The notes beneath the pieces are model-generated. The model made no database searches and was not told the origin of the DNA. It worked only from the letters and a program-made list of their open reading frames with translations. Both the position numbers and the translations under genes were made by a program. A stretch of 64,000 bases of DNA from Nibricoccus sp. (GTDB lineage: Bacteria > Verrucomicrobiota > Verrucomicrobiia > Opitutales > Opitutaceae): assembly GCA_047602425.1 (NCBI GenBank), contig JASGHG010000001.1:1664001-1728000 (forward strand). Reading direction: 5' to 3'. This document shows, one piece after another, positions 30,405 through 41,726 of the stretch (positions are counted from its first letter, which is position 1; each line of letters opens with the position of its first letter).

Positions 30405-31370
30405 TCACCAAACACGGCTGACGACACGTGCTTCGAGGGCGTTTTGCGCCTCCGCAGGCAATTGGTTCAAAAAATCCAGCCCGGTGCGCCGCTCGATCTC
30501 GTCGATCGAAGTGAGATAACGGCCTGATTCGATTTCGGCCGGAGTGTCTTGGGGAAAAATAAATGCCTCGGCGCGGACCCGACCTTCATTCTCGTCAATT
30601 ATGATCATATAGAATGCCTCGGGCACTGCGATGCGGCGTTTCAAACGCACCGGTCTGTCGCCAAAAATGGGCCCAACCAGCACCCATACTTCGCCAAAGC
30701 GGGCCGGATAATTCGTCGCGATGCGTTGCTCCAATTCCTTCCATGGACCGGCGTTGAGCGCGTGTTTTTGCGGGCAAATATTCGACAATCGAAACGTTTC
30801 TTCCTGCGCCTCGCGTCCATAGTGAAGCGCGATCGCGTAGTTCGGCGCCATGTGTCCGCGATCATAACCGCTGCGCGCGTAATCGTTCGATTCGACACGC
30901 GCCACCGTGCGCGCATCCGTCGTGAATTCTTCAGGCCGGGGCGGCAGTTCTTCCAATTTCCCGTCGCGCACACGATACGCAGTCCAGACAGGATTGCCCA
31001 ACTCGTCACTGTAGCCGTTCGTGAAACCGTGATTCGAAAGCACGCGCAAGCCATGCGTCGCGGTCGTTCGCACCAACTGCGGTTGGCCACCATAAAAACT
31101 CCCGTCCTTTCCCTCCGCAACCGCCGCGACGTAATCCTTGCTGTAGTAAAGTTGCCAAAGATCCCACGCGACGTCGAAGGCGCTCACGTGTTTGCGCGAA
31201 TCGAAACAATTTCCCACCAAGCGCGAAACCTCGGCTTGGCGCGCGGGCGTTTGGCAAACGTACCAACCGCCGATCACGCCCCAAACCACGAGGTTGGCGA
31301 CGAGGAAAAAGCGGCGAAAGGAACGCGGCTGGGATTTTGCGGGAGAAGATTTCGAAGATTTGCGGGCCAC
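30405..31370 (-). CDS. Membrane-anchored DNA/RNA non-specific endonuclease (NucA family)
   Basis: N-terminal TM; SGYDRGHMAP, SNICPQ...LN.GPW..LE, IE.RTGLDF. Start codon uncertain (GTG 31370). Confidence 0.9.
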   Translation of the reverse strand: MARKSSKSSPAKSQPRSFRRFFLVANLVVWGVIGGWYVCQTPARQAEVSRLVGNCFDSRKHVSAFDVAWDLWQLYYSKDYVAAVAEGKDGSFYGGQPQLVRTTATHGLRVLSNHGFTNGYSDELGNPVWTAYRVRDGKLEELPPRPEEFTTDARTVARVESNDYARSGYDRGHMAPNYAIALHYGREAQEETFRLSNICPQKHALNAGPWKELEQRIATNYPARFGEVWVLVGPIFGDRPVRLKRRIAVPEAFYMIIIDENEGRVRAEAFIFPQDTPAEIESGRYLTSIDEIERRTGLDFLNQLPAEAQNALEARVVSRVW

Positions 31371-31435
31371 GGAAAAAGTGAGTCGTGCCGCAACAGACCA
31401 GGCAACTCCGACCGTGTTCGCCAAACGCCGCCCCT

Positions 31436-31545
31436 AAAAATACATGAAGGCCGCCCCTTGAAGAGGCGGCCCACATGACCTAACACCAAGCAAACCGTAA
31501 GAACTACAAACGAGCATCGTTCCCTAGAACGATGTTGACTACACA
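31436..31545 (-). ncRNA. Candidate small RNA or structured leader
   Basis: Two hairpins (CATCGTTC/GAACGATG and GGCCGCC../..GGCGGCC) flank a GU-rich tract, downstream of an AT-rich promoter-like region; no plausible ORF. Confidence 0.35.
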
Positions 31546-31714
31546 GAGGTAGACGCGGGCTTTCGAAATTCGCTCAAAATTATCCAGAAATTATTCACAG
31601 AATTCACGATTTTCGTTAAACACTAAAACGCAGCATTTAACGCCAAATCCACGACATGGCCGCGAATTTTTCGTCTGATAAAAATTCGCTAAATCCAGCC
31701 GATTTCGAACGCGG

Positions 31715-32905
31715 TTAATTTTTCTTCGCGGATTCCGTGAACGCAGGTTGCTCCACTTCGCGCGGCAATGGCGTGCTCGTGAGCGGATAGCGAAAAGTTT
31801 TCCCCTCGTAGTTGCGGAAAACAACTTCGTCGTCGGTGATTTTTTCCACGTAGTCGGGATTGATCGGCACCTTGCCGCCGCCGCCGGGAGCGTCGATGAC
31901 GTATTGAGGAACCGAATACCCCGTCGTGTGGCCGCGCAATGCCTGGATGATCTCGATGCCCTTGCGCACATCGACTTTAAAGTGCGAGCCGCCGGTGATC
32001 AGATCCATTTGATAGAGGTAATACGGGCGCACGCGCATGCGCAGCAGGCGGTGGACAAGCGCTTTCATGACTTCGGCGTCGTCGTTCACGCCTTTTAGGA
32101 GAACCGATTGGTTGCCCAACGGGACGCCGGCGAAAGAAAGACGTTCGCACGCGTCGCGCAGCTCGGCAGTGGCTTCTTTGGGATGGTTGACGTGGATGCT
32201 CATCCAAATCGGACCGTATTTTTTGAAAATTTCGCAGAGTTCCGGCGTGATACGTTGCGGCAGGAAAACCGGAATGCGCGAACCGATGCGGATGAATTCC
32301 AGATGCTTGATCGCGCGCAGCCGACTGAGCAGGTGCTCCAGTTTTTTATCGGAGAGCAAAAGCGGATCGCCGCCCGAGAGCAGCACGTCGCGGATTTCCG
32401 GATGCGATTCGATGTAGCGCAGCCCCTGCTCGAACTCCGGATGGAAATTGTAGTCCTGCGCATTGCTCACAAGCCGGCTGCGCGTGCAGTAACGGCAGTA
32501 CGAAGCACAGCGATCCGTCACGAGAAACAACACGCGATCCGGGTATCGGTGCACGAGGCCTGGAACCGGCGAGTGCTCGTCTTCGCCAAGCGAATCGAGC
32601 ATTTCCTCCGCCGAAGTAATCGACTCGCCTTCGCGGGGAATGACTTGTTTGCGAATCGGACAATTCGGGTCGTTGACGTCGATCAGATTGAAAAAATACG
32701 GCGTAATCGCCAGCGCGAGCTTGTGGCCGGCGAAAGCGATGCCGCGCCGTTCCTCTGTCGTAAGCGTCATGTAGCGCTCCAGCTGGTCGAGCGTCGTGAT
32801 GCGATGCTTGAGTTGCCAGGTCCAGTCCCGCCATTCGGAAGCTGGGATGTGCTGCCAATGGCCCTGACCTTCATACCAATTGGCGCGATCTTCTATGTAT
32901 GCCAT
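31715..32905 (-). CDS. KamA/EpmB-family radical SAM aminomutase
   Basis: HRYPDRV, CASYCRYC (CxxxCxxC), SGGDP, NQSVLL.GVND, PYYLYQ.D, DAPGGGGK. Confidence 0.93.
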   Translation of the reverse strand: MAYIEDRANWYEGQGHWQHIPASEWRDWTWQLKHRITTLDQLERYMTLTTEERRGIAFAGHKLALAITPYFFNLIDVNDPNCPIRKQVIPREGESITSAEEMLDSLGEDEHSPVPGLVHRYPDRVLFLVTDRCASYCRYCTRSRLVSNAQDYNFHPEFEQGLRYIESHPEIRDVLLSGGDPLLLSDKKLEHLLSRLRAIKHLEFIRIGSRIPVFLPQRITPELCEIFKKYGPIWMSIHVNHPKEATAELRDACERLSFAGVPLGNQSVLLKGVNDDAEVMKALVHRLLRMRVRPYYLYQMDLITGGSHFKVDVRKGIEIIQALRGHTTGYSVPQYVIDAPGGGGKVPINPDYVEKITDDEVVFRNYEGKTFRYPLTSTPLPREVEQPAFTESAKKN

Positions 32906-33103
32906 GAGAGTGCAAAAAAGTTAGGAAGCTAACTACTTCTGTCAATCGTCACCAGAAATCCGTTACATCCAGCTTCTGACAAACATGTTAACAAACACAT
33001 TCATCCCATTTCGCCGCCGACGAAAAAAATTTACCTGCGTAACTTCGCGATTTTGCACAAAGCGCTTGGCACAGGCCACCCGAAAGCCTTTCGTTGGGCT
33101 TTA

Positions 33104-34276
33104 ATGTCCACGTTCCGCCCAGGTGTTCTCGCTCTCGAAGATGGTTCCGTGTTTCGCGGCCGCGCTTTTGGCGCCGATGCCACAATCGCGGGCGAATGCG
33201 TTTTCAATACGTCGATGACGGGTTACCAGGAGATCATCACCGATCCGTCCTACTTCGGCCAGATCGTCACGATGACCGCCGTTCAGATTGGCAACTACGG
33301 GATCAACGACGAAGACACGGAAGCCACCATTCCGAAATGCTCGGCTTTGGTCGTGCGCGAACTTTCGCCCATCGTCAGCAACTGGCGCAGCCAGATGTCG
33401 CTCGACGAATATTTTAAGAAATACGAAATTCCGGGCTTGAGCGAAATCGACACCCGCGCGCTCACGAAAAAACTTCGCGTCGACGGCGCGATGAAAGCCT
33501 GCCTCAGCACGCTACCGCTCAGCGACGAAGAAGCCGTCCAACGCGCCCGTAGCTGGCAAAACATGGCTGGCGCCGACTACGTGAAAGATGTTACGAGTCA
33601 CGCGCCTTTCATCTGGCACCCGAACGAATCGAAGAATTTCAACACGCCCTACATGCCCGTTGGCACCACGATGAACGCACCCGGAATTCCGGCCAAGCGT
33701 TTCAAAGTCGCCGCCTTCGATTATGGCGCGAAGTTTTCGATTTACCGCAAACTCATCCGCCATGGTTTCGACGTGCACGTTTTGCCCGCCACCGCCACCG
33801 CCGAGGAAGCCCGCGCGATCAAGCCCGACGCCATTTTTCTCTCCAACGGTCCCGGCGATCCGTCCGCTCTGCCGTACATTCACAAAACCGTCACGGCACT
33901 CCTTCCCGATTTCCCGATGTTCGGCATTTGCCTCGGACACCAGATGATCACGCACGCGCTCGGCGGCGCAACCTTCAAGCTCAAGTTCGGCCATCGCGGC
34001 GGCAACCAGCCGGTGAAAAATCTCGAAACCGGCAAAGTCTCCATCACCGCGCAAAATCACGGCTTCGCCACCGATCCGAAATCCATCGAAAAAGCCGGCG
34101 CCAAAGTCACCGAGATCAATCTCAACGACAACACCGTCGAAGGTCTGCGCCACACGAAGCTTCCTGTTTTCTCCGTGCAATACCACCCGGAAGCCGCCCC
34201 CGGTCCGAACGACGCCGATCCGCTCTTTGTCGATTTCTACAAAATGGTAGAAGCCCGCAAAGCCGGTAAGATCTGA
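33104..34276 (+). CDS. carA: Carbamoyl-phosphate synthase small subunit
   Basis: FNTSMTGYQE..TDPSY, SNGPGDP, GICLGHQ, FGHRGGN, QYHPEAAPGP. Confidence 0.98.
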   Translation: MSTFRPGVLALEDGSVFRGRAFGADATIAGECVFNTSMTGYQEIITDPSYFGQIVTMTAVQIGNYGINDEDTEATIPKCSALVVRELSPIVSNWRSQMSLDEYFKKYEIPGLSEIDTRALTKKLRVDGAMKACLSTLPLSDEEAVQRARSWQNMAGADYVKDVTSHAPFIWHPNESKNFNTPYMPVGTTMNAPGIPAKRFKVAAFDYGAKFSIYRKLIRHGFDVHVLPATATAEEARAIKPDAIFLSNGPGDPSALPYIHKTVTALLPDFPMFGICLGHQMITHALGGATFKLKFGHRGGNQPVKNLETGKVSITAQNHGFATDPKSIEKAGAKVTEINLNDNTVEGLRHTKLPVFSVQYHPEAAPGPNDADPLFVDFYKMVEARKAGKI

Positions 34277-34302
34277 GCTGAATCCGAAATCCCGTAATCG
34301 AG

Positions 34303-34380
34303 GTGGAGCGCATTGACCTCGATGCGCTGGTTCGAGAGCGACGTTATCAAGCGCGTTGAGGTTCAGTTTATGCGCTTCAC
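34303..34380. repeat. REP/REPIN-like imperfect inverted repeat pair
   Basis: GTGGAGCGCATTGACCTCGATGCGCT ... AGCGCGTTGAGGTTCAGTTTATGCGCTTCAC after the carA stop. Confidence 0.6.
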
Positions 34381-34489
34381 TTTGGTTTTCATCTGTGCTG
34401 CCAAGAAAGCCGTTCTACAAAATCCATCGGGCTGAGGTAAATTTTCCCTCCGGGCAGCCGATAGTTCTGTTGGAAGGTTTTTTGCCCTC

Positions 34490-35080
34490 ATGAAAAAATG
34501 GATCGTCCTGCTCGTTTTGGCTTTCGCCGGCTGGTGGTGGCTGCGCGACGCTCCCGCGACTTGGAAAGGCATGCCGGCCCCAGCCGAACCATCCCAAACC
34601 GTTAAGAATCTACCCCCGCCTTTTCGTCACGGAAAATATCTCATCACGCCACTCGCGACCTATTCATGTCAGGCCGTTGTTCTCAGCCGCGATCGTTACC
34701 GGTTCGATCCAGGTGCGAAACTCGCCCCGATCGATCTGGCGCTCGGGTGAAAATCGATGTCGATCGCCGGCGTCATCAATGACCTGAAAATTTCCCAATC
34801 TGGCCGTTGGTACGAATATTCCTGGCGCAACGAAGCGCCACTGGAGCCCTCGCAAATCGCCCTGCAATCGGCCAACACGCATTGCATTCCGTCCGATGCC
34901 AACGTCGAACGCCAACTTCTGTCGATCCGCCGCCACGATTATGTGGACTTGGAGGGTTACCTCGTCGCGGTGGACGGTCCGGACAATTTCACGTGGCGCT
35001 CTTCACTCTCACGCAACGATACTGGGGGCGGCGCTTGCGAATTGATGTTCATCACTCGCATCACGCGACGGAAGTTGTGA
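34490..35080 (+). pseudogene. Conserved hypothetical exported protein interrupted by an in-frame TGA
   Basis: ORFs 34490..34750 and 34757..35080 share a frame: APIDLALG*KSMS...SANTHCIP...WRSSLSRNDTGGGACE. Confidence 0.75.
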
Positions 35081-35092
35081 CTGTAATGAATA

Positions 35093-35830
35093 TCAGCCGA
35101 GCCACTTCTCGAACTTCACCGCGTCGTCCGGCGTATCGACGCCGATCGTCGGATCCTCGGTGATGCCGACGGCGATGTCGTAACCATTTTCGAGCACGCG
35201 GAGTTGTTCGAGTTTTTCGATTTGTTCGAGTTGCCCCATCGGCAGCTTGGCGAATTTTTCGATCAAGCCGGCTTTGTAAGCGTAAAGCCCGAGATGTTTG
35301 CGCGCCGGATTGGCCAACACCCACGCTTCGTCGACCATGCCGCCTTTGTCGCGAGCGAAAGGCATCGGTGAACGCGAAAAATACAGGGCCCGCCCGTCGC
35401 GGCGCATGACGACCTTCACTTGATTTGGGTTGGCAAAATCCGCCGGGTTTTTGAATGGCGTCGCCAAAGTCGCCATGTCGACCGGCCCCGCAATAAGTTC
35501 CGCCAGACGACGGATTTGCGCGCCGGTGACGAGAGGCTCGTCAGCTTGGACGTTGATCACGTAGTCCGCTTTGACGGTCCGATTGGCTTCGGCGAGACGA
35601 TCTGTACCGGACTGATGTTGGACGCCGGTCATGATCGCTTTAAATCCGTGCTGCGTCAGACAGTCCGCCAGAAGCTTATCATCCACAGCAAAATAGAGAG
35701 GAAATTCCGGCACCTCTTTCTTGATGCGCTCCGCCACCCAGAGCAAAAGGGGGCGGCCTTTGATCAAATGGAGCAATTTTCTAGGAAAACGGGTCGATTC
35801 CAACCGGCACGGCACGATGATTGCAGTCAT
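35093..35830 (-). CDS. kdsB: 3-deoxy-manno-octulosonate cytidylyltransferase
   Basis: [55 protein letters not shown]. Confidence 0.96.
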   Translation of the reverse strand: MTAIIVPCRLESTRFPRKLLHLIKGRPLLLWVAERIKKEVPEFPLYFAVDDKLLADCLTQHGFKAIMTGVQHQSGTDRLAEANRTVKADYVINVQADEPLVTGAQIRRLAELIAGPVDMATLATPFKNPADFANPNQVKVVMRRDGRALYFSRSPMPFARDKGGMVDEAWVLANPARKHLGLYAYKAGLIEKFAKLPMGQLEQIEKLEQLRVLENGYDIAVGITEDPTIGVDTPDDAVKFEKWLG

Positions 35831-35919
35831 GGACATAAGGATATGGAACCGCAGGCTGGGCGATGGTTTTTGAGGTTGCAAGCCAGCCCAGCGCGCGGAG
35901 CATGTCGGGCTAATCACGC

Positions 35920-36222
35920 ATGGAAACGAAAGACACAACACCACAAACCAGTAAACAGCTCACCAAGGAGCTGGTGGTGAACAACAAGATGGGCATCCAT
36001 GCTCGTCCGGCCGCAATGATCGTCCGTATCACCAATAAATTTAAGGCCGACGTTTTCGTTGAAAAAGACGAAGAGCAAGTGAACGGCAAAAGCATTATGG
36101 GACTCATGATGCTCGCCGCTGGCAAAGGCTCCAAAGTGAAATTCATCGCCACCGGCGACGACGGCCAGCAAATGCTGAACGAGCTTGAACAACTCTTCGC
36201 TCGCAAGTTCGACGAAGTTTGA
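35920..36222 (+). CDS. ptsH: HPr phosphocarrier protein
   Basis: GIHARPAA (His15) and NGKSIMGLM (Ser46). Confidence 0.95.
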   Translation: METKDTTPQTSKQLTKELVVNNKMGIHARPAAMIVRITNKFKADVFVEKDEEQVNGKSIMGLMMLAAGKGSKVKFIATGDDGQQMLNELEQLFARKFDEV

Positions 36223-36246
36223 TCTATCGCAAAATCCAACACGCTG

Positions 36247-36273
36247 AAGCCCGCAGTCATGTGCGGGCTTTTT
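36247..36273 (+). terminator. Rho-independent terminator
   Basis: AAGCCCGCA-loop-TGCGGGCTTTTT. Confidence 0.85.
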
Positions 36274-36376
36274 GATTTTGCGACGACGAGAGCGCGAGAA
36301 AACTCTGCCAGTCTTTCGCGATTCCTGTTTGCACGCCGGCCTTGCGCCATGGTGAGATCGCGGCCTCCTTTTTCCC

Positions 36377-39300
36377 ATGCTCATCCTTCGCGGCGCACCC
36401 GCCCTTTCCGAGTTCCGCATCAAGAAGCTTCAGCAAGATCTCGCCTCCGCCGGCTTCCCGGCCCGCGAGATCGCGACGCAATTCATCCATGTCATCGAAC
36501 TCAATCCCAGCGCCGGACTTAACGACGACGAGTTCAACGTCCTGGAAAAACTCCTGACTTACGGGCCGCATCGCGAAGAACACTCACCCAAGGGCCTGCT
36601 CCAAATCGTCGCCCCGCGCCCGGGAACCATTTCCCCTTGGTCGTCAAAAGCGACCGATATCGCGCACATCTGCGGCCTCACCAAAATCAAACGTATCGAG
36701 CGCGCCGTTGCCTATTGGATCGACCTCGATGCTTCCGCGGCCAATTCCAATCCGCAGATCGCCGCCAAACTTCACGATCGCATGACGCAGGTCGTCTTCG
36801 GCGATTTCCCGCAGCTCGAAATCCTTTTCAAACACGAAAAACCGCGTCCGCTCTCCAGCGTGCCGGTGCTCGCCAAAGGTCGCGCCGCCCTTGTCGAGGC
36901 AAACCAATCGCTAGGCCTAGCCCTCGCGGACGACGAAATCGACTACCTCGTCAAAAGTTTCACCACGCTCGGCCGCGACCCGAACGACATCGAGCTCATG
37001 ATGTTCGCGCAGGCCAATTCCGAGCATTGCCGTCACAAGATTTTCGGCGCCACGTGGGACATCGACGGCGAAAAACGCGATCTCTCGCTGTTCGCGATGA
37101 TCAAGAACACCTACAAGCTGCACAGCGAGGGCATCCTTTCCGCGTACAAAGACAATGCCGCCGTGCTCGCCGGCCCGCGCGCCCCGCGTTTCTACGTCAA
37201 TCCGACCACCGGCGAATACGCCGCGCACGACGAAGAAGTTCATATCCTCTGTAAGGTCGAAACCCACAACCATCCGACCGCCATCTCGCCATTCCCCGGC
37301 GCCGCTACCGGTTCCGGCGGCGAAATCCGCGACGAAGGCGCCACCGGCCGCGGCTCCAAACCCAAGGCCGGCCTCACCGGTTTCACTGTATCCAATCTTA
37401 AAATACCGGGCGCCGTGCAGCCTTGGGAAAAAGACAACGGCAAACCCAACCGCATCGTCTCCGCGCTCGACATCATGATCGACGGCCCGCTCGGCGGCGC
37501 CGCTTTCAACAACGAATTCGGCCGCCCCGCCATCAACGGCTATTTCCGCACTTTCGAGCAGGCCGTGCCTGCTCGAGTTGAAGCTAAAAGTTTAAGTCCG
37601 AAGTCCGACGCTGGCACCACTTCCGCTTCAACTTCTCACCTAAACTCCCACGAAGTGGAGCTCCGGGGCTATCACAAACCCATCATGCTCGCCGGCGGCC
37701 TCGGCAACATCAAACCCGAGCACGTCCAAAAAGGCACCATCGAGCCCGGCGACCAACTGATCGTCCTCGGCGGACCCGCGATGCTCATCGGCCTCGGCGG
37801 CGGCGCCGCCAGTTCGATGGCGAGTGGTTCAGGCCAGGAAGATCTCGATTTCGCCAGTGTCCAGCGCGACAACGCCGAAATGGAACGACGCTGCCAGGAG
37901 GTCATCGACCGCTGCTGGGCGCTCGGCGCGGAAAATCCCATCTCCTTCATTCACGACGTTGGCGCCGGCGGCCTCTCGAACGCACTCCCTGAACTCGTAA
38001 ACGACGGCGGCCGCGGCGGCCGTTTTCACTTGCGCGCCATTCCCAACGACGAGCCCGGCATGACCCCGCTCGAAATCTGGTGCAACGAATCGCAGGAGCG
38101 CTACGTCCTCGCGGTTCCTTCGGCCCGCCTCAAGCAGTTCGCCGAGCTCTGCAAACGCGAACGTTGTCCCTTTGCGATAGTTGGTGAAGCCACCGAGGAA
38201 AAACAGCTCGTCCTCGAAGATCCGTGTTTTAACAACAAGCCCATCGACATGCCGCTTGAGGTCCTGCTCGGCAAACCGCCCCGCATGCACCGCAGCGAGA
38301 AATCCCTCAAGCGTTTCCTTCCCACGCTGAAACTCAACGGCGTGACCCTCGACGACGCCGCCCGCCGCGTTCTCGCCCACCCCGCCGTCGCCGACAAAAC
38401 CTTCCTCATCTCCATCGGCGACCGCACCGTCACCGGCCTTATTTGCCGGGACCAAATGGTTGGCCCCTGGCAGGTGCCCGTCGCCGACTGCGGCGTCACC
38501 ACAACCGCCTTCGACACCTACACCGGCGAAGCCATGGCCATGGGCGAACGCACACCCGTCGCAGTTAACAACGCCGCTGCCTCCGCCCGTCTCGCCGTCG
38601 GCGAGGCTCTCACCAATCTCGCCGCCGCCCAGATCGGCGAAATCGGCAAGGTCAACCTTTCCGCCAACTGGATGGCAGCGCCAGCCATTCCCGGAGACGG
38701 CGCCGACCTCTACGCCGCCGTGCATGCCGTCGGCATGGAACTCTGCCCCGCCCTCGGCATCACGATTCCCGTCGGCAAAGACTCGATGAGCATGTCGACC
38801 GTTTGGAAAGACGGCGCCGAGCAAAAGCGCGTCACCGCTCCTATTTCGCTCATTGTGTCGGCCTTCGCGCCTGTCACCGACGTCCGGCTCTCGCTCACGC
38901 CTCAGCTTCAGCGCCCCGCGCTAAAGCCAGTTGAAGCAGGAAGTTTAAGTTCAAGTACGGCTGCTTCCACTTCAACTCCCAACTTAAACAATCAGCAGGA
39001 GGACACCGTGCTCCTGCTGATCGATCTCGGTCGCGGCAAAAATCGCCTCGGCGGCTCCATCCTTGCCCAAGTCTTCAACCAGACCGGTACCGAACCAGCC
39101 GACGTAGACGATCCGGGCGATCTCAAGGCTTTCTGGGAAGCGATCCAAAAACTCGGCCAGCAGAAAAAGATTCTCGCTTATCACGACCGGTCCGACGGCG
39201 GTCTCTTCACCACCGCCGTCGAAATGGCTTTCGCCGGTCATACCGGTGTTACGCTGGAACTTCCTCCGTCCAAACCCGGCCCTGGTGCGAACAACGCTTC

Positions 39301-40435
39301 GTCTTCGCCCTTTGCCCAGCTCTTCTCCGAGGAACTCGGCGCTGTCATCCAAGTGCGCGAGTCCGATCTCGACGACGTTTCAGACGTTTTGCGCCATGCC
39401 GGTTTTAAAACCTGCACCTCGCGCATCGGCACACTCAATGGCGATTTCCGTTTTGAAGTTCGCCAAAGCGGCAAGAGTTTGTTCAGCAGCGATCTCACCG
39501 AACTTCGCGCAATCTGGTCCGATACCACGCGACGCATCGCTTCACTTCGCGACAATCCCGCCTGCGCCGAAAGCGAGTACCAACTCAAGCTCGACCGCTC
39601 GAACCCGGGGATTACACCCAAGCTCACGTTCGATCTTAAAGCACCCGCCATCCTTTCGGCCCGCCCGCCCATGGCCATTCTTCGCGAGCAGGGCGTTAAC
39701 GGTGAAATCGAAATGGCCGCCGCCTTTAGCCGCGCCGGCTTCAAGGCCATCGACGTTCACATGACCGACATTTTGTCGGGCCGGATTTCGCTGAAAGACT
39801 TCCGCGGTGTCGCCGCGTGCGGCGGCTTTAGCTACGGCGATGTGTTAGGCGCCGGCGAAGGCTGGGCGAAGAGCATTCTCTTCAACGAACACGCCCGCGC
39901 CGAGTTCACCGCCTTCTTTGCCCGCAAAGACACTTTTGCCCTCGGCGTGTGCAATGGCTGCCAGATGATGAGCAATCTCCATTCGATCATCCCCGGTGCC
40001 GATCACTGGCCGCATTTTGTGCAAAACAAGTCCGAACGCTTCGAGGCGCGCTTCGCCTCGCTTAAGATCGAGAAGAGCCCGAGCATTCTTTTTGCCGGTA
40101 TGGAAGGTTCGGTTATTCCGATCGCCGTTTCGCACGGCGAAGGCTACGCCGAGTTCAAGGACGCCGCCGCCGCGAAGGCATGCAGCGATTCCGGACTGGT
40201 CTGCGCCCGTTACGTCGACAACAAGCACCAGGTCACCGAACAGTACCCGCTCAATCCGAATAGCTCCCCGCTCGGCATGACCGCGCTTACCACGCGTGAC
40301 GGTCGCGTCACCATCATGATGCCGCATCCCGAACGCGTTTTCCGCACCGTGCAAATGAGCTGGCACCCCGCCGACTGGGGCGAAGACAGCCCGTGGATGA
40401 AACTTTTCTACAACGCCCGCGCCTGGGTGGGATAA
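36377..40435 (+). CDS. purL: Phosphoribosylformylglycinamidine synthase (large single-chain type)
   Basis: [59 protein letters not shown]. Confidence 0.98.
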   Translation: MLILRGAPALSEFRIKKLQQDLASAGFPAREIATQFIHVIELNPSAGLNDDEFNVLEKLLTYGPHREEHSPKGLLQIVAPRPGTISPWSSKATDIAHICGLTKIKRIERAVAYWIDLDASAANSNPQIAAKLHDRMTQVVFGDFPQLEILFKHEKPRPLSSVPVLAKGRAALVEANQSLGLALADDEIDYLVKSFTTLGRDPNDIELMMFAQANSEHCRHKIFGATWDIDGEKRDLSLFAMIKNTYKLHSEGILSAYKDNAAVLAGPRAPRFYVNPTTGEYAAHDEEVHILCKVETHNHPTAISPFPGAATGSGGEIRDEGATGRGSKPKAGLTGFTVSNLKIPGAVQPWEKDNGKPNRIVSALDIMIDGPLGGAAFNNEFGRPAINGYFRTFEQAVPARVEAKSLSPKSDAGTTSASTSHLNSHEVELRGYHKPIMLAGGLGNIKPEHVQKGTIEPGDQLIVLGGPAMLIGLGGGAASSMASGSGQEDLDFASVQRDNAEMERRCQEVIDRCWALGAENPISFIHDVGAGGLSNALPELVNDGGRGGRFHLRAIPNDEPGMTPLEIWCNESQERYVLAVPSARLKQFAELCKRERCPFAIVGEATEEKQLVLEDPCFNNKPIDMPLEVLLGKPPRMHRSEKSLKRFLPTLKLNGVTLDDAARRVLAHPAVADKTFLISIGDRTVTGLICRDQMVGPWQVPVADCGVTTTAFDTYTGEAMAMGERTPVAVNNAAASARLAVGEALTNLAAAQIGEIGKVNLSANWMAAPAIPGDGADLYAAVHAVGMELCPALGITIPVGKDSMSMSTVWKDGAEQKRVTAPISLIVSAFAPVTDVRLSLTPQLQRPALKPVEAGSLSSSTAASTSTPNLNNQQEDTVLLLIDLGRGKNRLGGSILAQVFNQTGTEPADVDDPGDLKAFWEAIQKLGQQKKILAYHDRSDGGLFTTAVEMAFAGHTGVTLELPPSKPGPGANNASSSPFAQLFSEELGAVIQVRESDLDDVSDVLRHAGFKTCTSRIGTLNGDFRFEVRQSGKSLFSSDLTELRAIWSDTTRRIASLRDNPACAESEYQLKLDRSNPGITPKLTFDLKAPAILSARPPMAILREQGVNGEIEMAAAFSRAGFKAIDVHMTDILSGRISLKDFRGVAACGGFSYGDVLGAGEGWAKSILFNEHARAEFTAFFARKDTFALGVCNGCQMMSNLHSIIPGADHWPHFVQNKSERFEARFASLKIEKSPSILFAGMEGSVIPIAVSHGEGYAEFKDAAAAKACSDSGLVCARYVDNKHQVTEQYPLNPNSSPLGMTALTTRDGRVTIMMPHPERVFRTVQMSWHPADWGEDSPWMKLFYNARAWVG
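37575..37647. repeat. Palindromic element inserted in frame in purL (copy 1)
   Basis: Arms GAGTTGAAGCTAAAAGTTTAAGTCCGAAGT and ACTTCCGCTTCAACTTCTCACCTAAACTC. Confidence 0.7.
38929..38989. repeat. Palindromic element inserted in frame in purL (copy 2)
   Basis: Arms AGTTGAAGCAGGAAGTTTAAGTTCAAGT and GCTTCCACTTCAACTCCCAACTTAAAC. Confidence 0.7.
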
Positions 40436-40442
40436 ACGAGCC

Positions 40443-41668
40443 GTGCTGATTCGACTCGGCCTCGCCCTGATCGTTTCGCTGGCTACGTGCAGCTGCACGA
40501 CGCAGTCAGTCGCCCCAGCTTCCACCGCGGTTGTTCATTCTGTTGGGCCAGACCAGCAGGATTTACATGCCATCCTCGAACCAATCGTCACAAAAACGAA
40601 AGTCCCGGGTCTCGCCGCCATTGTTCTACAAGGTGACAAAATCGTCGCCCAAGGCGTCGCTGGTGTTCGAAAACGCAAACATACCGAATCAATCACCATC
40701 GACGACCGATTCCTGCTCTGCTCCGGTGGAAAAGCCATGACCGCCACTCTGGCCGCTGTGGCGGTCGAGGAAGGCAAGCTATCGTGGAACACCACCCTCG
40801 GCGAAATCTTCGGCGATAAAATTAGAGGCATGCATCCAGCCTGGAAGCCTGTGACGGTGGCCCAATTGCTAGAGCACCGCGCCGGTGTACCCACGGACGG
40901 AGCCCTGTTTTGGTCGGTGGCAAAGTTGCATTTTTCAAGGCGCAGCGAGCAAGAAAAACGCCAGGCGATCATCGAAAAAGTTTTGAGAAAAGCTCCACCT
41001 CATCTGCCAGGCACACGTTATGTCTACGCCTCCATCGACTACGTCATGGTTGGAGCCATGCTCGAAAAAATCAGCGGTCAGGCATGGGAATCCTTGATCA
41101 AAGCCAAACTCTGGGAGCCATTGAATATGACTTCAGGCGGATTTGGCGTTCCCGGCACTCATGGCAAAATTGATCAGCCGTGGAGCCACTGGGGAATGAT
41201 TGTCACCGGACATCCCGCGGGCCCGGCAGCCTCTGGGCCGATCTCGCCTCTCCACTTTTCGGGGCCCCAGCTGGCACGGCAAATATGACGATCTTAGACT
41301 GGGCAAAATTTTGCGCCCTGCATTTGCGAGGCGACCCAGCCAACCCGAACCATCAGGCAAATCTATTGACGGCCGCCTCTTTCGCGGCGCTTCATCACGC
41401 GGAGCCCGGCCGTTTTTATCAGGCAGGCTGGATTTTGCTAAAAAAACCCTGGGCCAATGGTCATCGTCCGGGTGATACCGGCCGCGTGATTTCCAGCCAG
41501 GGCGACAACGGTTTCTGGCATTGCGAAGCATGGCTCGCCCCGGAAATCGATTTCGCGCTGCTCGTCATCTGTAACGAAGGCGGCGTGACAAGCAGCAAAC
41601 CCGCAAACATCGTATGCCGCGAAACGACGCAGGCATTGCTCAAAATATTCGGTCCTAAAAACGAATAG
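40443..41668 (+). pseudogene. Serine hydrolase (beta-lactamase class C/DD-peptidase family), frameshifted near 41225
   Basis: SxxK (CSGGK), LLEHRAG, YASIDY in the first frame; PAG...DWAKF...QGDNGFW in the overlapping ORF ending at 41668. Confidence 0.8.
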
Positions 41669-41726
41669 GTATAGGTCTGCGCTTCATCACCGCGCATCCC
41701 GAGCGTGGTTTCCGCAGCCGCAATAA

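Noticed and set aside
31715..32905. Naming the KamA-family gene epmB or kamA
   Set aside because: No efp/epmA or lysine-fermentation genes are adjacent, so the specific function cannot be assigned.
34748..34750. Selenocysteine or genome-wide TGA=Trp recoding
   Set aside because: The position looks like Trp rather than Cys, and many genes here (tal, carA, ptsH) end normally at TGA.
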